A stretch of 64,000 nt of DNA, from assembly GCA_965248925.1 (NCBI GenBank), contig CBDFLE010000006.1, positions 2,272,001 through 2,336,000 on the forward strand. The letters are read 5' to 3'. Source of the stretch: Candidatus Multivoradales bacterium. GTDB taxonomy: Bacteria; Acidobacteriota; Thermoanaerobaculia; Multivoradales; J023. The position numbers and the translations under genes are program-made. Shown here piece by piece: positions 48,462 through 58,952 of the stretch (the first letter of the stretch is position 1; each line of letters begins with the position of its first letter). Under the pieces are notes generated by a model. It saw only the letters and a list, made by a program, of their open reading frames with translations, had not been told where the DNA came from and ran no database searches.

Positions 48462-50081
48462 ATGACTCCCTTGGAACGATCTACCACCCTCCGTCGCCGC
48501 CTTCTAAGCACCGTACTTGCTCTGAGCACCTTGCTTTTCGTCGCCACTTTCGGCGGCGCGGTGGCGAGTGCGGATACCTTTCCGCTACTGGCTTTCGGCG
48601 ACAGCTTGACCAAGGGTGCTCAGGATACCGGCATCAGCTGCAACGGCATCAAATCTGGTGGCTACCCACCGCGGTTGCAAATCTTGCTGGCGCAGCGCAA
48701 ATGGGACACCGAGATCGCCAGCTCCGGCATCTGTGGCGAGACCACCCCAGAAGGACTGAGCCGGATCGGCGGGGTGCTGGCCGAGGAGTTGCCGATCTTG
48801 GTCTTCATCCTCGAAGGCACCAACGACATCAACAGTGAGATCTCAATCGAATCTTCGCTGTTCAATCTGCGCACCATGACCGAGATCGCCGCCGACGCAG
48901 GCGTGCAGCCACTGCTGGCGACTCCACCTCCCATCGGCACCTCGGTAGTGGGCCTCAACTCGGGGCCCTTGGCCTCTCGGGTGCGTTCGATGGCGGCCAA
49001 CCGGGGGATTCCGTTCGTCGATTTGTTTGGCGAGCTGAGCAATATTCCAGACCTGTTCCAGACCCTCTATCAGGATCCTTTTCACCCCAATCCCGACGGC
49101 TACCAAGTGGTCGCAGAGCTGTTCTTGCAGCGCACCATCAACACCTTGCGCTCGATCGACGCGCTGCCGATCGGCAACGGCAACTTCTGCCGTGATTTCG
49201 GCCCGTGCCAACATGGCGAAGGCGATTGCGATGGCGATGAGGAATGCGCTGAGGACCATGTCTGCCAAGACAACGTCGGGGTCGAGTTTGGCCTCTCGGA
49301 GAACACCGATATCTGTGTCAGCCAGGCGATCCTGGATTGCCCGCTGGTCAACGGCAATCCGCGCCGCTGCACCGATTGCGGCCCCTGCTCCGAAGGTCAG
49401 GGGGATTGCGACAACGACGGTGAATGCCTGCTCGGCCTGATCTGCGGCGAGGATCTGGGCCCGATGTTCGGCTTTGGCGCTACGGTCGATATCTGCGTGC
49501 AGGCGGCAACACCTACCACTTGCACCGACCCGCTGGGCTCGGGCTCCTTCTGCACCTTCTGTGGCCCCTGCGGTGAGGGCGAGGGCGACTGCGACAGCGA
49601 CGCCGAGTGTGCCGCGGGCTTGGTTTGCACCGACAACGTTGGCGAGATGTTTGGCTTCTCACCCAACGTCGACGTGTGTCTGAGCAACGGTGAGCCACCA
49701 CCGCCACCTCCAGCTTGCCCGCTGGCCAACGGCGATTCGCGGTTCTGCACCGAATGCGGCCCCTGCCAGGACAGCCAGGGCGACTGTGATGGCGACGCCG
49801 AATGCGCCGCCGGCACCACTTGCGTGAACAACGTCGGTGCCATGTTCGGCTTCTCAGCTGCCACCGACGTCTGCCTGACCTCCACCGAGCCACCACCGCC
49901 CACCGAGTGCACTCTGCCGCTGGGCAACGGCCGCTACTGCACCGAATGTGGCCCCTGTCAGAGCGGCCAGGGCGACTGTGACAACGATGGCGAATGCGCC
50001 CCCGGACTAACTTGCACCGAGAACCGCGGCGAAGAATTCGGTTTCGCCCCAGCGGTCGACGTCTGCCTACCGCCGCAGTAG
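48462..50081 (+). CDS. Exported SGNH/GDSL hydrolase with five Cys-rich repeats
   Basis: FGDSLT, GTND, DPFHPN catalytic blocks; five repeats of C..[CF]GPC..[GS][EQ]GDCD.D.EC.....C....G..FG.....D[IV]C. Confidence 0.9.
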   Translation: MTPLERSTTLRRRLLSTVLALSTLLFVATFGGAVASADTFPLLAFGDSLTKGAQDTGISCNGIKSGGYPPRLQILLAQRKWDTEIASSGICGETTPEGLSRIGGVLAEELPILVFILEGTNDINSEISIESSLFNLRTMTEIAADAGVQPLLATPPPIGTSVVGLNSGPLASRVRSMAANRGIPFVDLFGELSNIPDLFQTLYQDPFHPNPDGYQVVAELFLQRTINTLRSIDALPIGNGNFCRDFGPCQHGEGDCDGDEECAEDHVCQDNVGVEFGLSENTDICVSQAILDCPLVNGNPRRCTDCGPCSEGQGDCDNDGECLLGLICGEDLGPMFGFGATVDICVQAATPTTCTDPLGSGSFCTFCGPCGEGEGDCDSDAECAAGLVCTDNVGEMFGFSPNVDVCLSNGEPPPPPPACPLANGDSRFCTECGPCQDSQGDCDGDAECAAGTTCVNNVGAMFGFSAATDVCLTSTEPPPPTECTLPLGNGRYCTECGPCQSGQGDCDNDGECAPGLTCTENRGEEFGFAPAVDVCLPPQ

Positions 50082-50115
50082 CGGCAAAACCCGGACCGCT
50101 CGCCGGGCGGAACTC

Positions 50116-51120
50116 CTACTTCCCATTCAGCAGATCCGCGGCCAGCGGCTCCTCAGCCGCTGGCGAGCCGGAGGGTTCTGCCCTGGCGAGCAAGAACCGG
50201 CGCGCATCAGCAGCCGTGCGGAGCGGAATCTCCTCCATCGGTAGATGGCCGGCGTCGTCGTAGATCACCACTTCGGCTTGGGGTAAAAAGGCGGCGAATC
50301 TTTTGGCGTGGGCCACCGGCAACCACGGGTCTTGGCGCCCCCACATCACCAAGGTGGGCTGCTCGATATCGCGCAAGCGATCGGGGTAGACCAGGCCAGG
50401 CTCGCTGAGCCGTGCCACCAAAGCCGCCCGGTTGCCGCGCCTCAAAGTCAGCAGGTAGTAGCGGTCGATCAACTCTGGAGTGACTTTCGACGGGTCGGCA
50501 TAGATCTCCTCCAGGGCATTGCTGAACAAGAACCGCGGCGTTACTCGGGTGGCCATCTGACGCACTCCGGGAGTACGCCCAACATCGAAGACGCTACGCC
50601 GCTGCGGCGGCGGGAAACCCGCGGCATCGATCAACACCAAGCGCTCGACCCGCTGTGGATGGGCGGCGGCAAAGCGCCAGGCGATCAGCCCCCCCAAGGA
50701 GTTGCCCGCCAGATGGACCCGCGATAACTCCAGATGGTCGAGAAACGCCGCCACATGCTCGACGTAACGCTCGGTGCGGTAATCATGATCGACCGACGGG
50801 CCGGTCAAGCCGAAGCCCGGCAGGTCGAGACGCAGAACTCTGAAATCACTGGCCAGCTCGGCCGCCCAACCATCCCAGGTGTGCAACGAAGCCGCCGTGC
50901 CGTGCAGCAGCAGCAGCGGTGGCCCGCTACCCTGGTCGCGATAATGCACTCGGTCGCCCTCGACCGCGGCAAAGCGGGAGCTGGCATCGGCGTAGCGCCG
51001 CTCCAAGTCGACCGCCGGAATGTCCCCCCGGTAGTGGCGGAAAATCAGCGCCATCGGCACCAAGGTGATCAGTCCCAGGATCGCCGCCACCCAATAGTTC
51101 GAAATTCGCCGTTGAGCCAT
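50116..51120 (-). CDS. Alpha/beta-fold hydrolase with N-terminal TM anchor
   Basis: LLHGTAASLHTW, DLPGFG, GNSLGG nucleophile elbow, WGRQD, AGHLPMEE. Confidence 0.92.
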   Translation of the reverse strand: MAQRRISNYWVAAILGLITLVPMALIFRHYRGDIPAVDLERRYADASSRFAAVEGDRVHYRDQGSGPPLLLLHGTAASLHTWDGWAAELASDFRVLRLDLPGFGLTGPSVDHDYRTERYVEHVAAFLDHLELSRVHLAGNSLGGLIAWRFAAAHPQRVERLVLIDAAGFPPPQRRSVFDVGRTPGVRQMATRVTPRFLFSNALEEIYADPSKVTPELIDRYYLLTLRRGNRAALVARLSEPGLVYPDRLRDIEQPTLVMWGRQDPWLPVAHAKRFAAFLPQAEVVIYDDAGHLPMEEIPLRTAADARRFLLARAEPSGSPAAEEPLAADLLNGK

Positions 51121-51255
51121 CAGCTGCCCTCCCCGCGGCGCTGCCGCGCCAGACTCAGTCTCTGCATTGCGCTCTCGCCGCACATGGAAAACCTCCAGCG
51201 CGGCAGTATAGAGGGTCTCGATGCCCGATAGCGGGCTCTCTGGTACGGTCACCGG

Positions 51256-52188
51256 ATGACTGTGCCGACCCCAGATCAGCAGCCCCCTCGACCCCGCCTG
51301 GGACTGACCGACCTGCACCGCCATCTCGACGGCTCGCTGCGCCCGGCTACCTTGCAAGAGCTCGCCGCTCAGCATCACCTGCAACTACCCGAGACGGTTG
51401 GCTTCTACCTCGGCATGGGCTTGGAAAAAGCGCTGGCTTGTTTTGATCTCACACTGGCCGTGCTGCAACATCCTGACGCCGTGCAGCGGGTCGCCGGAGA
51501 AATCTGTCAGGACGCGGCCGTTGAAGGGGTCAGTCGATTGGAGATTCGTTTTGCCCCGCAGCTGCACCGTGGCGCAGCAATGGAGGAGATCGTCGACGCC
51601 GCGCTCGATGGCATCGACGGCCGTGCCGGCTTGCTACTCTGCGGCCTCTACGGCGAACCGCCCAAACTCTTCGAACGGCTGATCGACCTGGCTAGCAACC
51701 GCGATGGCGTGGTGGGCCTCGACCTCGCCGGTAGCCCGAGCACCGCCGACCCGTTCTCGCTGGTCGACTACGCCCCGGCCTTCAGCCAAGCGCGCCGCCT
51801 CGGCCTCGGCCGCACCGTCCATGCCGGCGAAGGTCGATCAGCGAGAGAGATCGCCACCGCCATCGACTCCTTGCACGCCACCCGCATTGGTCACGGCACA
51901 ACCTTGCTCGAGGATCCACGACTGGTCCAGCGCGTGGTCGAGCGCGGCATCGTGATCGAGGCTTGCCTGACCTCGAACCTCCACACCGGTGCCATCACCA
52001 GCATCGCCGAACACCCCCTGCCACGCTGGCTCGATGCTGGAGTGCAAGCAACCATCAACACCGACAACACCCTATTCTCAGGCGTAAACGCAGCGAGCGA
52101 GTATCGCCAGGCCCTGACCATCCCCGGCATGGACCGTGACCGGCTTGCCAGTTGTATTATCAATGGTCACGCGGCTGCTTTCGGCTAA
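51256..52188 (+). CDS. add: Adenosine deaminase family protein
   Basis: DLHRHLDGS, EIRFAPQLH, GLDLAG, TVHAGE, RIGHG, SNLHTG, INTDN. Confidence 0.9.
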   Translation: MTVPTPDQQPPRPRLGLTDLHRHLDGSLRPATLQELAAQHHLQLPETVGFYLGMGLEKALACFDLTLAVLQHPDAVQRVAGEICQDAAVEGVSRLEIRFAPQLHRGAAMEEIVDAALDGIDGRAGLLLCGLYGEPPKLFERLIDLASNRDGVVGLDLAGSPSTADPFSLVDYAPAFSQARRLGLGRTVHAGEGRSAREIATAIDSLHATRIGHGTTLLEDPRLVQRVVERGIVIEACLTSNLHTGAITSIAEHPLPRWLDAGVQATINTDNTLFSGVNAASEYRQALTIPGMDRDRLASCIINGHAAAFG

Positions 52189-52214
52189 AAAAAGGGCGCC
52201 CCGATGGGCGCCCC
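52187..52214 (-). terminator. Intrinsic terminator between convergent genes
   Basis: GGGCGCCC-CGAT-GGGCGCCC hairpin adjacent to an A7 run (U-tract on the minus strand). Confidence 0.7.
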
Positions 52215-52578
52215 AAGCGATCGCACGGGATCGAGGTTGATAGACACGGCTAGCACCTGAGTGCGGCTCATTGAGCGGGGGAAAGGCAACTACTTGCCCG
52301 CGTCCTCAGACCCATGGTCGCCGCCTGATGTCTCGGTTCGGTGGACGATCTTTCGCCATTGCTGCTGGTCAACAGCTTTTGCAGATCCGGTGCCAGAAGC
52401 AGCAGCAGCGGGAACCCGGCAACCACTCGCTTTGAGCTGAACCGCAAAGCCCTGGGATGCAAACTCTGTTGTCAGTGGGAGAGGCCGCGACGGAAGAGGG
52501 AGCGCTAGCTGCCAACTTCGTAGCCAGCAGCTAGCGCAGCTGCCCGCGCACTAAGCAGGCAGGTGAGGCAAGTCGAAC

Positions 52579-53904
52579 TCAGAAGTGAAAGGAGAAACCC
52601 ACCAACGCCGAGACGATCGAGTTGCGTAGGGTCACGGTGGCACCCGGCACGCCGGTGAAGGGACCGGTGATCTCGTTCTCCGGGGTGTAATAGGCACCGA
52701 AATCGAGATTGAAGCCGGGGTACACGGCGAGACTCGCCCCCACCGTGTAGTGCTCTTCGAACACCGACGGCGTGCCACCACTGTTCAAGGTCACCGACTC
52801 TCGAATCGGACTGTCGTTGAAATTGAGCCCGGCGCGTAGGGTAAGGGTCGGACTCTTCTGCCACTCGACACCGAACATGTACGCCAAGATATCGTCCCAG
52901 CCAATCGACACCAAGCGCTGGCGGTCGTCAATTCCACCGTCGCCACCAATACCCTGGGTACTGGCATAGCCCACCCAACGAATGTCGAGAGCGAACTTCA
53001 AAGCTGGCCCTGGAGTGAAGCCCAGACCAGCGGTAGCGATCGGCGGCTGATCGAGGTCGATCTCGATAACTTGTGGATGGCCAAAAGCGTTTGGACCAGT
53101 AGTGATGTTTGGGTTGACGTGGAACGAATTCCACTGGTAAGGATCCGTATCGAGTTCCGAGGTGTAGGAAACGCCCAGGCTCCATTGTGGGTTGAAGCGA
53201 TAGAACAGGCCCAGCTGGGCGGAGAAGGCGATCTCGCTGACCATCACGCCGGTGCTGGGACGGTAGCAATCTTCATTCTGGAACGGCTCCACGGCGGGTA
53301 GGCAATCAGGTTCCACCACCGGCAGAGGATTGATGATCAAGCGACTCTGAACCAGATTGAGGGAGCCCCCTAAGGACAGATTGTCATTCACCTGCCAGGC
53401 AGCGGCGAAGGGCACTTTGGTCACCTGTAGTTCGGTGTTGAGGCGACCGAACCCGATCGGTTGCGGCGCCAGCAGCAGACTGTCGGGATCGACCGGCCAG
53501 TTGGTGCGAAAACCGGCTACGCCCAGCAGGCCCCAACCCACCGCCCAATTTTTCCCCGGCTTGTGTAAGCTCCAGCCCACCGCCGGCAAGACCCCGGGTT
53601 CACCATCGGAATCGGTGGTTACCGGCGACTCTCCCGCCTCTTGAGTAGAGAGGCTGAGGTCGTCGACAAAGAGTTCGACACTGATACCGACATTGACCCC
53701 GTCGAGTTGGGTGAGCAGCGCCGGGTTGAGGTGCAAGGCACCGATCACGTCCAGCGGCTGGCCGGTCCCGGCACCGCCCATCGAGCTGTTGATAGCCCCA
53801 ACACCATGCAACAAATGACCGTTGCCGGCCAACAGTGGCCCGCCGACCAAGAAGGCGCAAACCAGGAAGGTAAAGAGCAAGGCAAGCACGCGATTCTTCG
53901 CCAT
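52579..53904 (-). CDS. OmpP1/FadL-family outer-membrane transporter
   Basis: Signal peptide, SMGGAG...NPALL, amphipathic beta-strands, C-terminal Phe (GFSFHF). Confidence 0.88.
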   Translation of the reverse strand: MAKNRVLALLFTFLVCAFLVGGPLLAGNGHLLHGVGAINSSMGGAGTGQPLDVIGALHLNPALLTQLDGVNVGISVELFVDDLSLSTQEAGESPVTTDSDGEPGVLPAVGWSLHKPGKNWAVGWGLLGVAGFRTNWPVDPDSLLLAPQPIGFGRLNTELQVTKVPFAAAWQVNDNLSLGGSLNLVQSRLIINPLPVVEPDCLPAVEPFQNEDCYRPSTGVMVSEIAFSAQLGLFYRFNPQWSLGVSYTSELDTDPYQWNSFHVNPNITTGPNAFGHPQVIEIDLDQPPIATAGLGFTPGPALKFALDIRWVGYASTQGIGGDGGIDDRQRLVSIGWDDILAYMFGVEWQKSPTLTLRAGLNFNDSPIRESVTLNSGGTPSVFEEHYTVGASLAVYPGFNLDFGAYYTPENEITGPFTGVPGATVTLRNSIVSALVGFSFHF

Positions 53905-54279
53905 CAGCTTCTCCCTCAAGATCCACTTGCCGAGAGTTCAAAGCCCCCCTGCGCAGGGCAGAACAAGTGAACCTCAACGTATTTGTCCCGGGGGGGGGAA
54001 CGACGATCCGTCGCCGCCCCGGCTCTCGATTTTCGATCGCTAGCTACTCTCGCCAACAGTGACTACCGGGGAGAACGCTGCAGTTCTCGACTGCGCTGAG
54101 CTTCGACCTGTGCAGCAATCCCCGCGAGATAGTAGGATCAGCTGGAATCTTCTCTTATCGAGTTTCTGGGAGCAATGGGTCGCGGGATCTAAAAAGGATC
54201 CATGGGCCGAAATTTGCGTGTTTTCCCTAGCAGGAGACCGATCATCAGCACCTCCCACAGCGCAAGAAAAGACCCCGTA

Positions 54280-54798
54280 ATGGACGATTTTGAGCTTGCC
54301 GGACTTGATGGGCGACGCCATGGCTTGCCCCACTTGCTGCGCCAGCGACGCGGTCTGGTGGTGGTTTTCTGGTCCAGTACCTGCGCGCATTGCCAGCGCT
54401 ACGATGGCTGGCTGGGCGATTTCGCCGAGCACCATCCAGAGATCGGTCTGGTGGCGGTGGCGGCCCGGCGCGGCGAATCGCCGCAGCAGCTGGCGGCGGC
54501 GGTCGCCCAGCGGGATCTGCGCTTCCTGCTGCTGCTCGATAGCGACCGCCAGCTGGCCGTTCGTTGGCAGGTCGAGCAGACCCCAAGAGCCTTCTTGCTC
54601 GACCCCGCGCGGCGACTGATTTATCGCGGGGCGATCGACAACTTCAAATACCCCGAGGATCCTGCCTACCGGGCATACCTAGAGCCGGCGATTGCCGACC
54701 TGCTGGCTGGCCGGCCGGTGGCCCGAGCCGAGACCGCCAGTTTCGGCTGTCCGATCGATGCTGCTTACTATGATCTGCCGGCGCTGCGGCGACGCTAG
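54280..54798 (+). CDS. AhpC/TSA-type redoxin (thioredoxin-like)
   Basis: FWSSTCAHC, TPRAFLLD, YRGAIDN, GCPI. Confidence 0.88.
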   Translation: MDDFELAGLDGRRHGLPHLLRQRRGLVVVFWSSTCAHCQRYDGWLGDFAEHHPEIGLVAVAARRGESPQQLAAAVAQRDLRFLLLLDSDRQLAVRWQVEQTPRAFLLDPARRLIYRGAIDNFKYPEDPAYRAYLEPAIADLLAGRPVARAETASFGCPIDAAYYDLPALRRR

Positions 54799-54803
54799 CC
54801 TGA

Positions 54804-57158
54804 ATGATGCGCGCCGCCAACCTAGCTCACTGGCTCGACCGCCCTGCCCGACTGACAGAGGAAGGCTTGGACCAGCTTGCGGCAACTTTGCGCGCCGCTC
54901 AGCTGGCGACCCGCGAATTGGCCCAAGGCGGGCCGATCGAGCGGTCACCGGACCGCACCGCAGCACCCGGCCAGCTGCCGCGGAATGTCGATACCGCCAC
55001 TGCCGAACTGGCCAATCGCCTCACTCGCCTGGCGCGCTCGACCCCAAGATCGGCAATCGCTTACTCGCGGCTGCTGGGCGATACGGCCAGCGCCTTGCGC
55101 CACAGCTTTGGCTTCGTTTTCGCCTTGCCCCGCCGCCAACGCTGGTCGGCTTTGTTGGAACTGCCTTTCTCGGTCGCTACCCTGGCCGTGCAAGAGGCCC
55201 TGCGGGGGTTGCTGGCGGCGCAAGCGGTGCCGAGCGAGCAAATCGGCGACCTGGCCAGTTTCGTGGTCGAGGTCTTCGGCGATCTCGACACCTATTTCGG
55301 CTTGCGCTATCAGGACGAGCTGGAGCGCTACCGGCGGCATCTGGAGCGCCATCCTGACGACAGCGCAGCACGGCTCGAGCTGGGCCGGATCTACCTCAAA
55401 TGCGGCCTCTTTCGCGAAGCAGACCCTGAATTCGCGCTCGCTGCCAATGACCCCTGGCGCCGGCGTCAAGCGCTCTATCAGAAGACCGTCGCCAGCTACC
55501 ACCGCGGTGATTTCGCCACCGCAGTGGGTGACGCGGTGGACTGCCTGAGCGAGGCACCTGAGGATCTGCGAGCCCGCTGGTGGCTGTGGCTGGCGAGCCG
55601 AGAGACCGGCGGCTACCCGGCCGTCGTTCCGCCGGCGATGCGATTCGAAGTCAGCGATGGGTTCCACCCCAGCAAACTACGCTTCACCGATGTGGCCGCC
55701 GAGATCGGCCTCGATAAGACCGCAGGCGGGCGTGGTTCGGCGATCTTCGATGCCACCGGCGACGGCTATCTCGACGTGGTGCTCGCCGGCACTCACTCGA
55801 GCTGTGGGCTCTATCTCAACAACGGCGACGGCACTTTCGTCGACGCCACGATAGGCAGCGGACTCGAGAGCTGCGTCTACGGCTTCGCGCTACTGGCCGC
55901 CGACTTCGACTCCGATGGGCGCCGCGACCTGCTGGTCACCAGCATGGGATTTTTCGATGGCGAGTGCCGCTTGCTGCACAACCAGGGGGGCGGACGCTTT
56001 GTCGATGTCACCCACGATGCCGGCCTCGGCGGTTGGGGTCCGACCTTCACCGCCGCCTGGGGCGACTACGACGGCGATGGCCAGTTGGACCTCTTCATGG
56101 TCAACAACCTGGGCGGGCTGTTTGACCGCAAAACACCCAACCGCCTGCTGCGCAACCGCGGCGATGGCACCTTTACCGAGGTGGCGGCTGAAGCCGGCCT
56201 GCTCACCCCTTGGCCTAGCCTGGGCTGCGCTTGGGGAGACTTCTGGAACCGGGGTCGGCAGGACCTGTTCGTCAGCAACTTGGGCCGAGCGCAGCTGTTT
56301 AGTAACAACGGCGACGGCACCTTCGCCGACGTCAGCCGCCAAGCCGGCATCGATCGGCCGGCGATCGGTTCGGTGGTTTTGGTGCTGGATTTCGACAACG
56401 ATGGTTGGCTCGACATCCTACAGTTCACCTACTCGCGGCCTGAGGACGCTATCCACACCCTGCGCCATGGCTGTGGTCCGCCCGGCGGCGCACCACCGCG
56501 GCTCTTCCGCAACAATCGAAACGGCACCTTCACCGATGTTGCTGCCGCGGTGGGCCTGACCGGCTGTTGGGGCACGATGAGCGCCGCAGTGGGCGACTTC
56601 GCCAACAGTGGCCATCCGGGCTTGTGGCTGGGCAATGGCGACCCGTCGATGGACCGCACCGAGCCGACAATACTGTACGAGAACGACGGTCAACGCTTCC
56701 ACAACATCACTTTCACCGCCGGCCTGCCCTTCACCGGCAAGGGACACGGCGCCAACCTGGCCGACCTGGCGGGTGACGGGCGTTTGCATCTGTTGGTGGC
56801 GTCGGGCGGCCTCTACCCAGGCGACCTGCTGACCACCGCGGTCTACCGACCGGTCGAACTCCCTGGCCGGTACCTCAACGTGCGGCTGGTCGGCAGCGCG
56901 GGCAATCGCGACGCTTTCGGTGCCCGCCTAGTGCTCGATGCCGGCGGCCGGCGGCAGCATCGGCTGATCTCCGGGGGTACCGGCTTCGGCTGCCCGCCCA
57001 CCGAACAGCATTTTGGTCTCGGCGCGGCGACCATCATCGCTAGCCTGGAAGTTCGATGGCCTAACGGAGAACGCCAGTGCTTCGCCGACCTGCCGCTCGA
57101 CACCACCCTTGAGATCACTGCCGGCAGGGACGGCTGGAGACTGGTCTACCAGCGCTAG
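54804..57158 (+). CDS. TPR plus FG-GAP repeat plus ASPIC/UnbV (CRTAC1-like) protein
   Basis: Multiple D.D.DG..D and N.GDGTF repeats, KGHG, NRDAFGAR, HFGLG...VRWP.G. Confidence 0.9.
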   Translation: MMRAANLAHWLDRPARLTEEGLDQLAATLRAAQLATRELAQGGPIERSPDRTAAPGQLPRNVDTATAELANRLTRLARSTPRSAIAYSRLLGDTASALRHSFGFVFALPRRQRWSALLELPFSVATLAVQEALRGLLAAQAVPSEQIGDLASFVVEVFGDLDTYFGLRYQDELERYRRHLERHPDDSAARLELGRIYLKCGLFREADPEFALAANDPWRRRQALYQKTVASYHRGDFATAVGDAVDCLSEAPEDLRARWWLWLASRETGGYPAVVPPAMRFEVSDGFHPSKLRFTDVAAEIGLDKTAGGRGSAIFDATGDGYLDVVLAGTHSSCGLYLNNGDGTFVDATIGSGLESCVYGFALLAADFDSDGRRDLLVTSMGFFDGECRLLHNQGGGRFVDVTHDAGLGGWGPTFTAAWGDYDGDGQLDLFMVNNLGGLFDRKTPNRLLRNRGDGTFTEVAAEAGLLTPWPSLGCAWGDFWNRGRQDLFVSNLGRAQLFSNNGDGTFADVSRQAGIDRPAIGSVVLVLDFDNDGWLDILQFTYSRPEDAIHTLRHGCGPPGGAPPRLFRNNRNGTFTDVAAAVGLTGCWGTMSAAVGDFANSGHPGLWLGNGDPSMDRTEPTILYENDGQRFHNITFTAGLPFTGKGHGANLADLAGDGRLHLLVASGGLYPGDLLTTAVYRPVELPGRYLNVRLVGSAGNRDAFGARLVLDAGGRRQHRLISGGTGFGCPPTEQHFGLGAATIIASLEVRWPNGERQCFADLPLDTTLEITAGRDGWRLVYQR

Positions 57159-57227
57159 GAATTTAGCAGCCCGCCGTGGGCAGCCTGGCGCGTGACGAGG
57201 GCCAGAACGGCAGGCTATGATCTCCCC

Positions 57228-58952
57228 ATGGCTTTTGATTCGGCACACTATCCGTCGATCGAGCCGGCGCCAGCGAAACCTGATCCGGGCCGCAGGATGC
57301 CGACCTTGATCAAAGCACTGCAGCAGCAAGAGAGTCTGCGCTCGGTGATCGAATCGATCTCCAGCGAACTCGACCTGCGGCCCTTGCTAACCCAGATAGT
57401 GCGTCACGCCTGCGAGTTGCTCGATGCCTGGGATGGCGCCATCGGTCTCTATGACCCGGAGCAAGATCTGATCCGGATCGAAGCCTGCTACCGCATGCCG
57501 AAAGATGAGATCGGCAGTGAGTTTCGACTCGGCGTAGGTCTCGCCGGCCAGGTGCTGGAACAGCGCGGACCGGTGACTTTCGACAACTATCTCGAGGTCC
57601 CCAACCCGACTCGCAACGACCGCCCCGGATTCGCCGTTGTCGGCGTGCCGATCATCTGGCAAGACCGCCTGATCGGTTTCTTCGGCCTTGGTGCGCCAGC
57701 GCCACACTCCTTCGGCGATGCCGACATCGAAAGCCTGGCCCTACTCGGCCGCCACGCGGCGATCGCCATCCACAACGCGCGCCGCTACCAAGACGAGCGC
57801 GAGCGCGCCCAACGCTGGGCCTTGGTCGCCCGCGTCGGTAAGCTGATCACCTCGGGCCTGGATGTCGACCGATTGCTGCAAACCGCCGTTGACGCCATCC
57901 ATGAAACCCTCGGCTATTCGACGGTCTGCATTGGTCTAGTGGACGAAGAAGACTCCAGCCGATTGCGCATCGATGCGATCGGCGGCATTTACCGCGAGCT
58001 GCTTTCCGGCCAGACTCACTACCTGCCTATCGATCGCGGCATCATGGGAGCGGCGGTCAGGGAGCGCGCGGTGCAGCGGGTTAACGACGTCGGCCAGGAT
58101 CCACGCTACATTCCACCGCCTGGAACCCGCGGCATTCGCGCCGAGCTGGCGGTACCCTTGCAGCTCGACCGCAAGGTGCTCGGCACCCTCAACGCAGAGA
58201 GCAGCACTCCTTTCAGCGACCATGACGTAGCTAGTTTCCAACTAGTCGCCGATCACCTGGCGGTGGCGATCGACAACGCCCGTCTGTTCGCCACCGCGCA
58301 ACGGCTGGCGGTGCTCGAAGAGCGTCAACGGCTGGCCCACGACCTGCACGACTCGGTGAGCCAACGAATCTTCAGCACCTTGCTGTTGGCGCAGTCGATC
58401 GTACCGGCCTGGAAGCGCAACCCTGACGAAGGCCAACGGCTAGTGGCACAGGTGGTGCGGCAAAGCCAAGAAGCGCAGGTTGAGATGCGCTTCCTCTTGG
58501 CCGAGCTGCGCCCCGACGCCGACCCCTCGTCACCGGCTCCCAACATCAGCGGGTCGCGCGACCTGTTGGATGCCTTGGCCGACCACGCCCGAGAACTCGA
58601 ACAACATGGCGTAGAGCTGAAATTGGACGGTTCCGAATACCAACCTCAATCGGCCATGGCCGAGGACATCCTCTACCGCATCGCCCGCGAAGCGTTGCAC
58701 AACGTGATCAAGCACGCCCAGGCCCGGCAAGTAGAGATTCTCCTGAGTTCATCAGGCCGCCGCCTGGTCCTCGAAGTCACCGACGACGGGATCGGTCCCG
58801 CCGCTGAATCTCGGGGCAATGGCCTCGGTCTCATCAGCATGCGCAGCCGCGCCGAAGAGCATGGTGGGCGCTGCGAGCTGGCCGCCGGGGCCGGTGGTGG
58901 CAGCGTCCTTCGCGCCGAGCTGCCCGCTGGAATCCAGGAGCAAGAGCCTTGA
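57228..58952 (+). CDS. Cytoplasmic double-GAF sensor histidine kinase (HisKA_3)
   Basis: Two GAF domains, EERQRLAHDLHDSVSQ, REALHNVIKHA, DDGIG, GLGLISMRSR. Alternative start at 57192. Confidence 0.93.
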   Translation: MAFDSAHYPSIEPAPAKPDPGRRMPTLIKALQQQESLRSVIESISSELDLRPLLTQIVRHACELLDAWDGAIGLYDPEQDLIRIEACYRMPKDEIGSEFRLGVGLAGQVLEQRGPVTFDNYLEVPNPTRNDRPGFAVVGVPIIWQDRLIGFFGLGAPAPHSFGDADIESLALLGRHAAIAIHNARRYQDERERAQRWALVARVGKLITSGLDVDRLLQTAVDAIHETLGYSTVCIGLVDEEDSSRLRIDAIGGIYRELLSGQTHYLPIDRGIMGAAVRERAVQRVNDVGQDPRYIPPPGTRGIRAELAVPLQLDRKVLGTLNAESSTPFSDHDVASFQLVADHLAVAIDNARLFATAQRLAVLEERQRLAHDLHDSVSQRIFSTLLLAQSIVPAWKRNPDEGQRLVAQVVRQSQEAQVEMRFLLAELRPDADPSSPAPNISGSRDLLDALADHARELEQHGVELKLDGSEYQPQSAMAEDILYRIAREALHNVIKHAQARQVEILLSSSGRRLVLEVTDDGIGPAAESRGNGLGLISMRSRAEEHGGRCELAAGAGGGSVLRAELPAGIQEQEP

